IMG/VR virus record: IMGVR_UViG_3300032030_004230
Source of the DNA: a virus
Lineage: Duplodnaviria > Caudoviricetes
Reading direction: 5' to 3' (one strand)
DNA length: 64,000 bases
A program made the position numbers and the translations under genes. Of the stretch, positions 19,351 through 28,637 are shown in pieces (positions within the stretch are counted from its first letter, which is position 1; each line of letters opens with the position of its first letter). A model generated the notes under the pieces. It saw only the letters and a program-made list of their open reading frames with translations, was not told where the DNA came from and did no database searches.

Positions 19351-19785
19351 TTACCTCCAAAGCCCAATTGCAGGAAAGTATAAGATTGCAACAAACAAAA
19401 TGCATGCAATATGTGCCAACTGATCTTGTACAAGATTAATTTTGAGCTTATTTGCTTTTGCATCGTCAATAAAATAATGTGAGCTTGTCAAAAATATAAT
19501 AGCAGGGATAAAGAGAAACCATGAATTGAGTAGAGTCTTAAAATGCTCTGAAATCAGCATGTCAATAATCATTGGAAGCATTACAAAAATTGCATTTTCA
19601 AAGCTATGTGCAAAAAGACTCATCTTAAAGTCATCTTTATACTTTTTAGAGTCCACATTCTCTTTTTTGCATTCTTTTAACCACCAAGTCTTTTGCTTAA
19701 GATTCGCTAAGCAGCCTTGAATATGGAAGTCTTCGATGTAATGCATCAAGAACATCAAGAGGACTATAAAGATTTTATAGCTCAT
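19351..19785 (-). CDS. DUF3307-like membrane protein
   Basis: HYIEDFHIQ, LFAHS, SHYFIDDAK, QDQLAHI. Confidence 0.65.
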   Translation of the reverse strand: MSYKIFIVLLMFLMHYIEDFHIQGCLANLKQKTWWLKECKKENVDSKKYKDDFKMSLFAHSFENAIFVMLPMIIDMLISEHFKTLLNSWFLFIPAIIFLTSSHYFIDDAKANKLKINLVQDQLAHIACILFVAILYFPAIGLWR

Positions 19786-20492
19786 CGTAGCACCTCAGTT
19801 TTGTCTTCACATATCTTTAAGAAGTCGGCATACATTGCATTTGTGTCAATCATCTTAAAGTCTTCTCTATTTTCTGGAAGAATAAAGTTGACTGTTCCTT
19901 TATTCAAGTTTCCGTTCTTGTCAAAATAATGATTATTCCATGCTTCAGCATTCTCAATAACAAGCTTTGCATTTGTTTCCCATAGAGGAATATTCTTATA
20001 ATTGCTATCACAGTACTGCACATAGTCAGAATAGTTTCCATTGTCATACAAAACTGATTGCTTATTAAATTCTGATACTGAAAAGCCGAGAAAAACAACT
20101 CCGAAGAAAGCTGCCAGAAAAGCAAGAACACAATACATAGACCAGGGACCAGCATTAGAAAATCGAAGATTTCTTTTAAAGAACTCAGCAACATACTTAC
20201 CGGGCCATTTGCAATATTTGTTCCATGCTTTATTTAGCTTCTCATAATGTCTCTTTAAGTCGGGATATTTTTCTGTATTGTTAGAGTTGATTTCTGCAAA
20301 TTCATTCACAGAGTACGATGAGACATGGTACAATGAGCAGAAGTCTCTATTCAAAGTGTCCCAGTGAGAATGTAGTCTCTCATTTATAAGCCAAAAAATG
20401 AAATGAACAAGCATTTTGAGCAGTACAACCCCAAAAGTGCCGATTAAGATTAAGCTTACCAAAATGTCAAAATGATACTTTTCAAAATTCAT
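19782..20492 (-). CDS. hypothetical membrane protein
   Basis: Two TM segments. Confidence 0.75.
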   Translation of the reverse strand: MNFEKYHFDILVSLILIGTFGVVLLKMLVHFIFWLINERLHSHWDTLNRDFCSLYHVSSYSVNEFAEINSNNTEKYPDLKRHYEKLNKAWNKYCKWPGKYVAEFFKRNLRFSNAGPWSMYCVLAFLAAFFGVVFLGFSVSEFNKQSVLYDNGNYSDYVQYCDSNYKNIPLWETNAKLVIENAEAWNNHYFDKNGNLNKGTVNFILPENREDFKMIDTNAMYADFLKICEDKTEVLR

Positions 20493-20989
20493 TATCTGAA
20501 CCTCACTTGTGATATATCTCTTTCTGGAATGGAGTCTTTGACTTTTTCAATTTCGTCAAGTAGTCTTGCTATTACATTAACAGGATCAGAAAGACACTCA
20601 TCATAGAGTTTCTTAGCTCGTTCATGAAGTTCTTGCTTATGCTTACGTTCTGCTTCTGCTGCTTGCTCTTCTCTGATTTTTTTCATCATTGGCTGAACGA
20701 GCTTTTCAAAATTCTCGTAAGAACAATCAAAAGGCTTCATTGGCAATTCACTATATGGCAATGGATTGCTAAGCGAATATTCTGCCCATTTACGAATTTG
20801 TTTTTCAGAAGGATTTTCATTCACATTCTTAAGATAGCAGTCATGGCAAATCGTACCGTATTCTTCTTCCCATAGACAAATCGTGTTTTTTGACTTATAA
20901 GGCTTTTTGCAAACATCACATTTTACGTCCCAATTTTTTGGGTCATGAATATCTTGAAAAAAGTCTTTGTCCTCTAAATTTAAGTTCAT
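20492..20989 (-). CDS. hypothetical protein with CxxC pair
   Basis: CDVC...CHDC. Confidence 0.7.
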   Translation of the reverse strand: MNLNLEDKDFFQDIHDPKNWDVKCDVCKKPYKSKNTICLWEEEYGTICHDCYLKNVNENPSEKQIRKWAEYSLSNPLPYSELPMKPFDCSYENFEKLVQPMMKKIREEQAAEAERKHKQELHERAKKLYDECLSDPVNVIARLLDEIEKVKDSIPERDISQVRFR

Positions 20990-21420
20990 AGTCTTGCGCC
21001 CATGTAAAGATTTGAGACATCGTCTGCACAGTCATTTTCCCAGTTGATGAGCCATGCTTTTTTGAACATCTTTCCAACATTTATGCTTTCATCAGCATTA
21101 ATCCAATAAACGCAGTCATTATCATTACATGTGAGACGATTTATGATTGAAATTGCATCTGTAAAGTATTCATTCCATTTGCCAGACCCATTTTTTCCAG
21201 CCCAAAGGTGAATAATAACATTCTCGTATTCCTCACCTGGAGAACAATCTTCTGGAACAGCTTTTGCAACATAGTCAATTTCAAAGCCATTGTCTTCTGT
21301 ACCTACAAGGCCAAACCTTACTTTGTTGATAAAATTTTGATCTTCAACCAAAGTCCAAATTTCACCGTACTTTTTACCATCTACAGCAACACGGTCTTTT
21401 AATGTCATTACGTCCATCAT
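20986..21420 (-). CDS. hypothetical protein (start revised)
   Basis: AAGGAG SD before MMDV. Confidence 0.7.
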   Translation of the reverse strand: MMDVMTLKDRVAVDGKKYGEIWTLVEDQNFINKVRFGLVGTEDNGFEIDYVAKAVPEDCSPGEEYENVIIHLWAGKNGSGKWNEYFTDAISIINRLTCNDNDCVYWINADESINVGKMFKKAWLINWENDCADDVSNLYMGARL

Positions 21421-21431
21421 TTTTCTCCTTT

Positions 21432-22262
21432 TTATAAGTAATTGAGCCAACTATTATCGAGCATTGCCCATAAGAAGATGAGAGTGACACCAACTGTAAT
21501 GAACATTGCCCAAAAAAAGATTAACCAGCCATTTCCCATAAGCATGCTTTCACGAAGTGCTTCAAAATCTTCTGGCGTGTTATTTTTGTCATGGATTGCA
21601 TTGTCAGTTCCAACATCTCTGTTGTTGATGTTTATGAACGTAATTCCTGAACACTCAAGTGGATAGGCTCGAATTGTCCATCTGTCACTTCCAGAACGAT
21701 TGTAGCCAACTTGATGACAGCCGTTGAACTTGAATGTGCCGTATGGAAATTCTATACCTGCAAACTTTATTCTTCCAACATGAAGCCAATTGTTCCAAAC
21801 AGTGTCCCATGTGTAATAGACTTCAGTACGTGTATGTGTTTTTCCATTGACTGTATAATGCACAATTCGTGTATGGCGCGTGTAATGTTCTTTCTCAATG
21901 CCGATAACTGAGTATTTGCCATTTGCCTGATTGACAGCAGCTCTCATACCACTCTCATTTTTGTTGTAATGGCTTATCCAACTTTCAGCAGTTACGTATC
22001 CAACAGCTTCGAGCTTTCCATAAGCGAAAACATCCGCTCCTTGTTCTGTCTCATAGGCCTGTTTGAATGTGTCATTGTCTTGGATTACATAAGCATTCAT
22101 ATACTTCAAGTTGTGTTTGTCAATAGCAGCCACAATCTTTCCGTGAATGAACATTCCCAAGACTATGTAGATGGCGAGAATACCAATTCCGAAAATCAGT
22201 TCTCGTGCTGTGATTTCGCCATAACCTGGAAGATAGAACAAAACAGCTGGATGTTTATTCAT
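21432..22262 (-). CDS. membrane protein adjacent to LemA
   Basis: N- and C-terminal TM helices with a large soluble loop. Confidence 0.75.
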   Translation of the reverse strand: MNKHPAVLFYLPGYGEITARELIFGIGILAIYIVLGMFIHGKIVAAIDKHNLKYMNAYVIQDNDTFKQAYETEQGADVFAYGKLEAVGYVTAESWISHYNKNESGMRAAVNQANGKYSVIGIEKEHYTRHTRIVHYTVNGKTHTRTEVYYTWDTVWNNWLHVGRIKFAGIEFPYGTFKFNGCHQVGYNRSGSDRWTIRAYPLECSGITFININNRDVGTDNAIHDKNNTPEDFEALRESMLMGNGWLIFFWAMFITVGVTLIFLWAMLDNSWLNYL

Positions 22263-22273
22263 TTTATGTCTCC

Positions 22274-22864
22274 TTAGAGTGTTGCAGGTTTACCCTGATT
22301 TGGAAGTTTTACTGATGAACCATCATAGAGGTCTTCAAACTCGATGACTTCATAGCCAACCATATCAAGGAAATTGCGGCGAGGCCAAGCCCGTGTGCAT
22401 CTTCGATAATCTGCTTTTGCCCGTGCATATGCTTTATGACTCTGTGCAACTTTTGAATTGTACCGCTGTACAGCTGTCATATATTCTTTGTATAGTTCTG
22501 CTGCTTTAAGTTCTGGATAAGCTTCATGTACTGCATTGATATAGATCTTCGCCTGCTCATTTGCCTTTGCCAATGTTTCACTGTTCTTAGAAATTGCTGC
22601 TGATGAATTTCCACCAACACGTGCGGCCACAATCTTTTCGAGAGCTTCGCCCTCATAGTTCTTGTAGTCTTTTACCGACGCAACCAAAGCTTCAAGTGAA
22701 TTGAACATCTCATTCTGAGAAGCTGCAATCACATCAAGCTGTTCAGTTACTGCCTGTTCTTTTGAAAGTGCTGTGTTCTGTGTTGTGAACACTCCAACTA
22801 CAACAGCAAGTGTTACAAGAACGACTGCTGTAATTGTAATGACAATTGTACCTGCTTTACTCAT
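22274..22864 (-). CDS. lemA: LemA family protein
   Basis: N-terminal TM, LVASVKDY..YE...LEKIVAAR, EAYPELKA, WP...L. Confidence 0.85.
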   Translation of the reverse strand: MSKAGTIVITITAVVLVTLAVVVGVFTTQNTALSKEQAVTEQLDVIAASQNEMFNSLEALVASVKDYKNYEGEALEKIVAARVGGNSSAAISKNSETLAKANEQAKIYINAVHEAYPELKAAELYKEYMTAVQRYNSKVAQSHKAYARAKADYRRCTRAWPRRNFLDMVGYEVIEFEDLYDGSSVKLPNQGKPATL

Positions 22865-22913
22865 CTATTTCCTCCATGTGATGAATAACTGTGTAATGAT
22901 GCAGTTTTTGATG

Positions 22914-23192
22914 TCATATCTTCTTAAACCGCACCCCTTTATCTTTCAAAAATGCATAGATGCCATTTAGATCGTCCATCTTTGCTTTTGTAAAGACATA
23001 TTTAGGGAATAGCTTATTGGGGTCTCTCTCAAGACAAGCAATAAGATCACCTTTATGAAAAACATTAATAAGATCAGCTTCAACACCTTGATTGAATTCA
23101 GCAGTGTAACTTTCCCAAAGGTACGGAAGCCTGTGACTGCCTCTTATGCAATGCTTATTTTCTTTGTTTAGTGCATCAGTCTCTATGCTCAT
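22914..23192 (-). CDS. hypothetical protein (start revised to MSIETD)
   Basis: GAGGA SD. Confidence 0.6.
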   Translation of the reverse strand: MSIETDALNKENKHCIRGSHRLPYLWESYTAEFNQGVEADLINVFHKGDLIACLERDPNKLFPKYVFTKAKMDDLNGIYAFLKDKGVRFKKI

Positions 23193-23526
23193 CTGCACTG
23201 TCCTCTTCTGCTGAGAGCAAATCTGCATAAGCTTTCTGAGCGCCAGCATCATCAAGACTATTCGGATTAAGTCCAGCTTGCCGGGCAATCAAGTCAAGCT
23301 TTGCATTCAAATGCTTTATCTCATGCATAAAATTAAAAACTATTCCTTTGCTAACACTAAACAAAAGAAAACAACCACAAGCAAATAATGCAGCTACCAT
23401 CTTTCCAGTTTCGCCTTTCGAAGCGTGTATACCTGCAAAAACAGCCCACATAACAAACAACAAGAGATCGATAGCAATATCTCCAGTACTCTTTAAAATA
23501 TCTTTTTTACTGCGTTTAGTAACCAT
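23176..23526 (-). CDS. hypothetical membrane protein
   Basis: Two TM segments. Confidence 0.7.
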   Translation of the reverse strand: MVTKRSKKDILKSTGDIAIDLLLFVMWAVFAGIHASKGETGKMVAALFACGCFLLFSVSKGIVFNFMHEIKHLNAKLDLIARQAGLNPNSLDDAGAQKAYADLLSAEEDSADEHRD

Positions 23527-23920
23527 ACAAATACCTCACTTCTACACTGTCTGAGTGCATAATAACTTTTGGTTTTTCAAGAATTTTCACTGAGTCTTCT
23601 GTAAGACTTTTGCAGTAGGTGAGAATATGATTTCGCACAAGTGCAGGAAGCCAAGTCTTCCAATTTCTTTTCTTGAAAAGCTCAGAAAGAATAGCTTCAT
23701 TTTCAGTGAAGTAATTAAGCTTCAAGCAAAATTTGAAGCCTGCTAGTTCTAAAGTCTTGTCAAAATAGTTGTCAAAGTACCATAAATCCTGCGGAATCAT
23801 TCTTGCAATCGATATGACAATATATGCAAACATCTTTACATGTGAATTTTTGCAGTATAATTTTGCGCAATTGAAGCACCAATCAAAAGATTTCTTATTC
23901 ATTTCATCTGGGAAAATCAT
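23516..23920 (-). CDS. hypothetical protein
   Basis: Packed ORF. Confidence 0.7.
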   Translation of the reverse strand: MIFPDEMNKKSFDWCFNCAKLYCKNSHVKMFAYIVISIARMIPQDLWYFDNYFDKTLELAGFKFCLKLNYFTENEAILSELFKKRNWKTWLPALVRNHILTYCKSLTEDSVKILEKPKVIMHSDSVEVRYLYGY

Positions 23921-24000
23921 TTCACAAAAGTCCTCTCAATAACAAAAATTACACTTGCAATACAGCAGAAAAGATGAATAAAATCAATCTTTTCTACCAT
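23917..24000 (-). CDS. 27-aa hydrophobic peptide (not in ORF track), possibly leaderless
   Basis: MVEKIDFIHLFCCIASVIFVIERTFVK; ATG 4 nt from promoter motif; ATGA-coupled to next gene. Confidence 0.45.
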   Translation of the reverse strand: MVEKIDFIHLFCCIASVIFVIERTFVK

Positions 24001-24004
24001 ATTA

Positions 24005-24016
24005 AATAATATAATA
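24005..24016 (-). promoter_or_regulatory. putative phage promoter motif TATTATATTATT
   Basis: Exact motif copy. Confidence 0.65.
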
Positions 24017-24028
24017 GAACTTCTCTAA

Positions 24029-24688
24029 TTATTTTTCTTCTGCAATAATCTGCATCCAAGAACGTTTGTCAAATTTTGTGATTTTAAGAGAAGACTTAAA
24101 GAAGTCTTTTATAGTTTTCTGAGCTTCTTCCACAGTTTCGTATTCACTCATATCTGTAGGACTTTCAGATACAAATGCTTCAACTTCAAGATAGGGACCG
24201 ATTCCATTGACATTCACAATCTCACAGTGAATTTCATGTCCATTCTTTTCGCACCAAAATGAAACTGATGTTTTCTGTTTCTCAAAATAGGTCTTGAAAT
24301 TGGCAGCTTCGAGAACTTTATTGAATGCAATAAAAGCCTCTCCTTGGAGAGCACCTTCAAATTCATCATTTGTCTCAATTCCATTCTCATCAGTTCTTTT
24401 GTTCTTTACTGTAAGGAATGCCTGAAAGTCTTTTTTTATGCTGTTGACTTGTCCTTGAACAATCTCTTCAAAAGATGTAGTATCTCCGATAGAAGCTTCT
24501 GTTCGAAGTCTGATTACTGTCTTTGGCTTTACAGGAACAATGCCGTCAAAAGAGTAATATTCATCTTTCTTTGCAATAGCATGCCAGCCACCACCACGAG
24601 AAATAGACCATTTGCTAGAGCCAAACTTACTGTCTACAAGATCAATAGCTTGCTTTAGTGTGATTTTCGCTTTCATTTCTACTTCCAT
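24029..24688 (-). CDS. CYTH domain protein (class IV adenylate cyclase / triphosphate tunnel metalloenzyme)
   Basis: N-terminal EVEMK (ExExK), DEYY, IRLR, LTVK, YLEVE. Confidence 0.85.
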   Translation of the reverse strand: MEVEMKAKITLKQAIDLVDSKFGSSKWSISRGGGWHAIAKKDEYYSFDGIVPVKPKTVIRLRTEASIGDTTSFEEIVQGQVNSIKKDFQAFLTVKNKRTDENGIETNDEFEGALQGEAFIAFNKVLEAANFKTYFEKQKTSVSFWCEKNGHEIHCEIVNVNGIGPYLEVEAFVSESPTDMSEYETVEEAQKTIKDFFKSSLKITKFDKRSWMQIIAEEK

Positions 24689-25036
24689 TTACAATGTCTC
24701 CTCTGAAATTTTCTCTAAACGCTCAAAAAGTTGTTTTCCATTTTCATCTGTATATGTAAAATGATTGTAAGTAATTCTTTTCTGAGCTTTGCTCTTGTTC
24801 ACTTTCACAGGGTCTTCATCAAAAATGTCTTCTTGACATTCTGTCAAGCCCTGTTCCCAGAAAAGAAGATAGGTCTCATCATCAAAATCTAGAATTGTGA
24901 CCATTCGTCTTGTCCAACGACCTTCATCAATAGTAGTTTGATAGCCGCCTTCATAAGCAAGCTCTCGCAGCATGCTTTCAGAGAGCTGCTCACCAGCTTT
25001 AATTTTGTCGTAGTATGACTTCATCCAATCTGTCAT
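24689..25036 (-). CDS. hypothetical protein
   Basis: Packed ORF. Confidence 0.7.
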   Translation of the reverse strand: MTDWMKSYYDKIKAGEQLSESMLRELAYEGGYQTTIDEGRWTRRMVTILDFDDETYLLFWEQGLTECQEDIFDEDPVKVNKSKAQKRITYNHFTYTDENGKQLFERLEKISEETL

Positions 25037-25037
25037 C

Positions 25038-25691
25038 TCATTCTCCTTTGTTAAGAATATTAATGCATCTCTGCGCTAACTCTTCTGTCAAGCCCTCTTC
25101 GTCAATGCTTTTACAGTCTCTTATAAACCATCGTGTTTGAACAAAGTTTTCCCCAAAAAGATGCAAATCACCATCATCATCGTCTAGCACAACAAATGAC
25201 TTTACTGGGAACTTCCAAGATTTTGTCATATAATTATTGATTTGAAAACCGCGCTCATAAAATTCTGTAACTTCTGGCTTTATGTTTGAGCTTTTAAATA
25301 TAATATTGCCATTAGCATCTTTTTCTCCATAATACCCCGAAAACTTTAGCCATAAAGCTTTGTCGTATTCTCCACCTGTACAATGCTTAATGACAATTCC
25401 ACGCTTTTTCAAATCTTTTTTAAGCTGGCGTATCATGTAGCGCTTACGAAAATGTTTACTGAAATATAGCTTTCGCCAAGATGAAGACATGACAATTGTA
25501 CAATGAGTAGCATCATGTATTTTCTTCAGTAAGTCAAGCTTTTTCAAACTCCACTCACGAACATCGCCATTAAAGCCTCTTTTAATTTGTTCCATGTGAT
25601 GCTGTTCATCTTTCTCAAAAAAGAAATTAGAGTTTAGCACGCCATCAATATCAAGAAACAGAAGTTTTGTCGGATCATCTTTAACCATCAC
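25038..25691 (-). CDS. HAD-family phosphatase (HAD_SAK, RNA-repair type)
   Basis: FLDIDGVLN, IVMSSSWR, ERG.QI, FVVLDDD, GLT. Confidence 0.85.
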   Translation of the reverse strand: MMVKDDPTKLLFLDIDGVLNSNFFFEKDEQHHMEQIKRGFNGDVREWSLKKLDLLKKIHDATHCTIVMSSSWRKLYFSKHFRKRYMIRQLKKDLKKRGIVIKHCTGGEYDKALWLKFSGYYGEKDANGNIIFKSSNIKPEVTEFYERGFQINNYMTKSWKFPVKSFVVLDDDDGDLHLFGENFVQTRWFIRDCKSIDEEGLTEELAQRCINILNKGE

Positions 25692-26026
25692 TGACCGCCT
25701 ATTGAACTTAAAACATCTTTTACAAATGTAAGTTTATCATTAGAAATTTTAGACGGGGCTTTGAAAAATCTACGATGAAAATCTGTTGCAGTGTATATTG
25801 TCTGCATAGCATTTAGAGAGAAGACTTCAATGTTAATAGGCCAGCCGTCTACGTTGACAAGAAATATGCCTCTATGAGCTTCAATGTCTGGCACTGTGAA
25901 GCTAACATTTTCTCTCTTGCTCATATTCTGAAACAAGTCAAGCGTAGTGAATGTCTCAACTGTTATAAGGCGAGTTTTGTCAAGTTCTGCCAGTCTTTCT
26001 TCCAATAGCTTTGCTGTGTCAATCAT
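25688..26026 (-). CDS. hypothetical protein, possibly leaderless
   Basis: ATG 3 nt after promoter motif; no SD. Confidence 0.7.
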   Translation of the reverse strand: MIDTAKLLEERLAELDKTRLITVETFTTLDLFQNMSKRENVSFTVPDIEAHRGIFLVNVDGWPINIEVFSLNAMQTIYTATDFHRRFFKAPSKISNDKLTFVKDVLSSIGGQ

Positions 26027-26029
26027 AAT

Positions 26030-26041
26030 AATAATATAATA
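26030..26041 (-). promoter_or_regulatory. putative phage promoter motif TATTATATTATT
   Basis: Exact motif copy. Confidence 0.65.
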
Positions 26042-26050
26042 AAAGAGAAC

Positions 26051-26407
26051 TTAACTTTTCTCTGTAAAACCAGGACAGTCTCTGAAGCTCGGAATGCAGG
26101 GAGAGTCACTATGAATGCATTTAGAGCAGTCTGGTGCTACCCAAATTTTGCTTGCTTCTACAGAAAGCTTATGGATAGCGTCTTCATGCATTTTGATTTC
26201 TTTTTTAATGTCAGAAATTGTTTTAGGCTCTGGCAGCTCTAGCTCGTACTCATCATAATCATGATTCATGTCTGGGCCACCTTCTCTAGACTCAAGCCAA
26301 TTTCCAGCTTCCCACTCATCAGTAGTAGCTTTTACATTCTCCCAATAGCCTTCCCCTGAAACAATCTTATCAGAAACCCAACTTTTTAAAATCCAAATTT
26401 TTAACAT
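26051..26407 (-). CDS. hypothetical protein with Cys-rich C-terminus
   Basis: GGAGG SD. Confidence 0.7.
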   Translation of the reverse strand: MLKIWILKSWVSDKIVSGEGYWENVKATTDEWEAGNWLESREGGPDMNHDYDEYELELPEPKTISDIKKEIKMHEDAIHKLSVEASKIWVAPDCSKCIHSDSPCIPSFRDCPGFTEKS

Positions 26408-26429
26408 TATAGACCTCCTTGTCTTTAGC

Positions 26430-26627
26430 TTAAAAGCAGCTCTCTATTATGTTTCTAGACTCCCAAACATTATGAGGCATCCGAAACTCATGACCAAGGC
26501 AATCTCTTACTAGAGTACACTCTTTAAGCCCTCTTTTCAACGGTAAAAGCTGAACAATTGCTGTAGGATTCAAGTATGCCAATTTATCAGAGCCTTCTTC
26601 ATCATAATGAACAGGTACGAACTGCAA
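26430..26627 (-). CDS. hypothetical protein
   Basis: Resembles the adjacent 64-aa ORF. Confidence 0.55.
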   Translation of the reverse strand: MQFVPVHYDEEGSDKLAYLNPTAIVQLLPLKRGLKECTLVRDCLGHEFRMPHNVWESRNIIESCF

Positions 26628-26632
26628 TTATC

Positions 26633-26827
26633 TTACTCTCCATTTACTACTTTTAGAAACATATCTGTACTGCCAGGCCATTCATACTCGTCATTGTTCA
26701 CATCTTTAAAAAGAACTCTAGGCCAGTAACCTAAAGAGTCTGTGCTCTCAATGAAAGACGCGATGTAGTCGACATTCACCTGAGTTACTTTACCAGATTT
26801 AGTATTCTTGCCGACTATGAATCTCAC
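26633..26827 (-). CDS. hypothetical protein
   Basis: GTGA overlap with upstream gene. Confidence 0.6.
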   Translation of the reverse strand: MRFIVGKNTKSGKVTQVNVDYIASFIESTDSLGYWPRVLFKDVNNDEYEWPGSTDMFLKVVNGE

Positions 26828-27213
26828 CAGCTTCTGTCTCCATTTGCAGTCTCATCTACACTCGAAGGGAAATCAGAACTAGAATCATGTGAGCTAAGTC
26901 GAGTTTCATCTGGATTCTGATCTCTAAACATTTTGCTCATCAAGCTGTCAAATGTCTTTTGCTTTACATAAAGATTAACAAGGAGAAAAGCACTTTCCAG
27001 AGAAGGAAAATAGACTTTTGGTGACTTTTCAGCACCTTTGTAGTTTCCTTTCATAAACTGAACTGACCAACAATCACTATCATCTTCGTAAATTGAGTCA
27101 GCCTCTTCTAATTTTTTAGGGTCTACATCTTGAGCAATACAAACAACATAATCTGCAAATGAGCCCCAGATCTGATTTCCCTGAACTGAATATCTATTAT
27201 CAATTGTCTGCAT
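26824..27213 (-). CDS. hypothetical protein
   Basis: Packed ORF. Confidence 0.7.
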   Translation of the reverse strand: MQTIDNRYSVQGNQIWGSFADYVVCIAQDVDPKKLEEADSIYEDDSDCWSVQFMKGNYKGAEKSPKVYFPSLESAFLLVNLYVKQKTFDSLMSKMFRDQNPDETRLSSHDSSSDFPSSVDETANGDRSW

Positions 27214-27679
27214 TTTCTAAAGCCCTTGCCAGTTCTTTTACTTCATCTTCAGTAAGAAGTTTGTCATCAATTGTCTCATCTTTGTCTGAGTCAATTCCAC
27301 ACAATTTTGAAAGATTAAGAAGGACATTGCATCCTCCGCCTTCTGCTACACAGCCTGCGTCTACACAACGATCAGGAAATGCAACACATTTTGCTCTGTC
27401 TTCTGGTGTGCATTCCTGGTGGACAAGTACAAAATCATTTTGAGGAAGTTTGACTGCATCAGTGGGATGTGCAATACAGTCCTGAACAAAGTCTAGAAAC
27501 ATTTGAGTTTCAACAAACTTTGCAACTTCTTCGTTTGAGATGTCTTCTCCTTCTCCTGCACCGCAATCAATGCAAGCTTGCTGATAAACTTTCTCAAGAA
27601 GCTCTTTTAGGGAAAGCTTTTCAAAGTCTCCATTATTCTTCAAATATTTGTAATAATTGTTGAACCGACGTTTGTCCAT
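27200..27679 (-). CDS. hypothetical Cys-rich protein
   Basis: AGGAG SD. Confidence 0.7.
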   Translation of the reverse strand: MDKRRFNNYYKYLKNNGDFEKLSLKELLEKVYQQACIDCGAGEGEDISNEEVAKFVETQMFLDFVQDCIAHPTDAVKLPQNDFVLVHQECTPEDRAKCVAFPDRCVDAGCVAEGGGCNVLLNLSKLCGIDSDKDETIDDKLLTEDEVKELARALENADN

Positions 27680-27704
27680 ATTTTGTCTCCTAGTAGTCTT
27701 TGAT

Positions 27705-27938
27705 TTATTGTCCTAATTTATAGAAAACTTCATCAAGAATGTTACGAGCATCTTCATAGCCCATTTCTTCAAATTTCGTATCAAGAGCTTCTTTCGCTTC
27801 TGACAATGCTTTTTGATAACCGTGAGCATAATAGTCTACACAACCGCAATTTACTTCCAGTGCTTCAATTGCATCGTCAAATTCACGAGCATTTTTATAT
27901 GCTGTTTTTCCTGGTGCTATGCTTTCGTTATAACTCAT
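27705..27938 (-). CDS. hypothetical protein (start revised to MSYNE)
   Basis: ATGA overlap with 53-aa ORF. Confidence 0.6.
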   Translation of the reverse strand: MSYNESIAPGKTAYKNAREFDDAIEALEVNCGCVDYYAHGYQKALSEAKEALDTKFEEMGYEDARNILDEVFYKLGQ

Positions 27939-28096
27939 GATGTTAAATCTCTGCTGCATTCATGCTTGTCAAAGTCTATGTTGTATAGACTTCTAAGATT
28001 GTCTTTTATGCTGATAAGGTCATCAACATTAAGCGCACTCCAATTGACACTTTGAAGCTCTTTGACAAGAATCTCTTTTAGTTCTCTATAGCTCAT
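27935..28096 (-). CDS. 53-aa hypothetical protein (not in ORF track)
   Basis: MSYRELKEILVKELQSVNWSALNVDDLISIKDNLRSL..., similar to 28422-28637. Confidence 0.6.
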   Translation of the reverse strand: MSYRELKEILVKELQSVNWSALNVDDLISIKDNLRSLYNIDFDKHECSRDLTS

Positions 28097-28418
28097 TGGG
28101 TCCATAGTCTTTTCCTAAGACAAGATTTGCTCTAAAGTCTTTGTTTTTCAAAGCCTCAGCTTCAGCAATGCACTGTTTTTTCTTTTTTTGGAAGAAGTAT
28201 TCTTTCAAAACTTCAATTGCGTTATGAATCTTCACAGCCTCTTCTTGATTTGAGTATGGCTCAAACACTTTTTCTTCATCATAAGCACTCACTCTCTCTT
28301 CATGAAGAGTGCCCAACAAGTTCTCTCTAACTACATTTACTTTATAGTCATAAGTGTCTTTCCCAAAGTAGTCTTTTTCAATCTCATCAAGAGCTTTTAA
28401 TGTTTCTGTCGGTGTCAT
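28086..28418 (-). CDS. hypothetical protein
   Basis: Packed ORF. Confidence 0.7.
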   Translation of the reverse strand: MTPTETLKALDEIEKDYFGKDTYDYKVNVVRENLLGTLHEERVSAYDEEKVFEPYSNQEEAVKIHNAIEVLKEYFFQKKKKQCIAEAEALKNKDFRANLVLGKDYGPNEL

Positions 28419-28421
28419 ACT

Positions 28422-28637
28422 CTAAAATCCTATCCCCATTTCTGCCAAGTTCATGTCGAGCTGTGCTTCTTTTGCAGCTTTTGCTGTTTCTTCTTTAGCC
28501 GACTTCATTCGCTGAATATTGTCTTTTATTGTAGTCAATTCTGACACATTAAAAATAGACAGATCGAATTCTCTTATCTCTGAAATAAGCTGTTCTTTTG
28601 CTTCTTTTATAGAAGGCCCATTTTTCAAAGGTGTCAT
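28422..28637 (-). CDS. hypothetical protein
   Basis: Packed ORF. Confidence 0.65.
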   Translation of the reverse strand: MTPLKNGPSIKEAKEQLISEIREFDLSIFNVSELTTIKDNIQRMKSAKEETAKAAKEAQLDMNLAEMGIGF

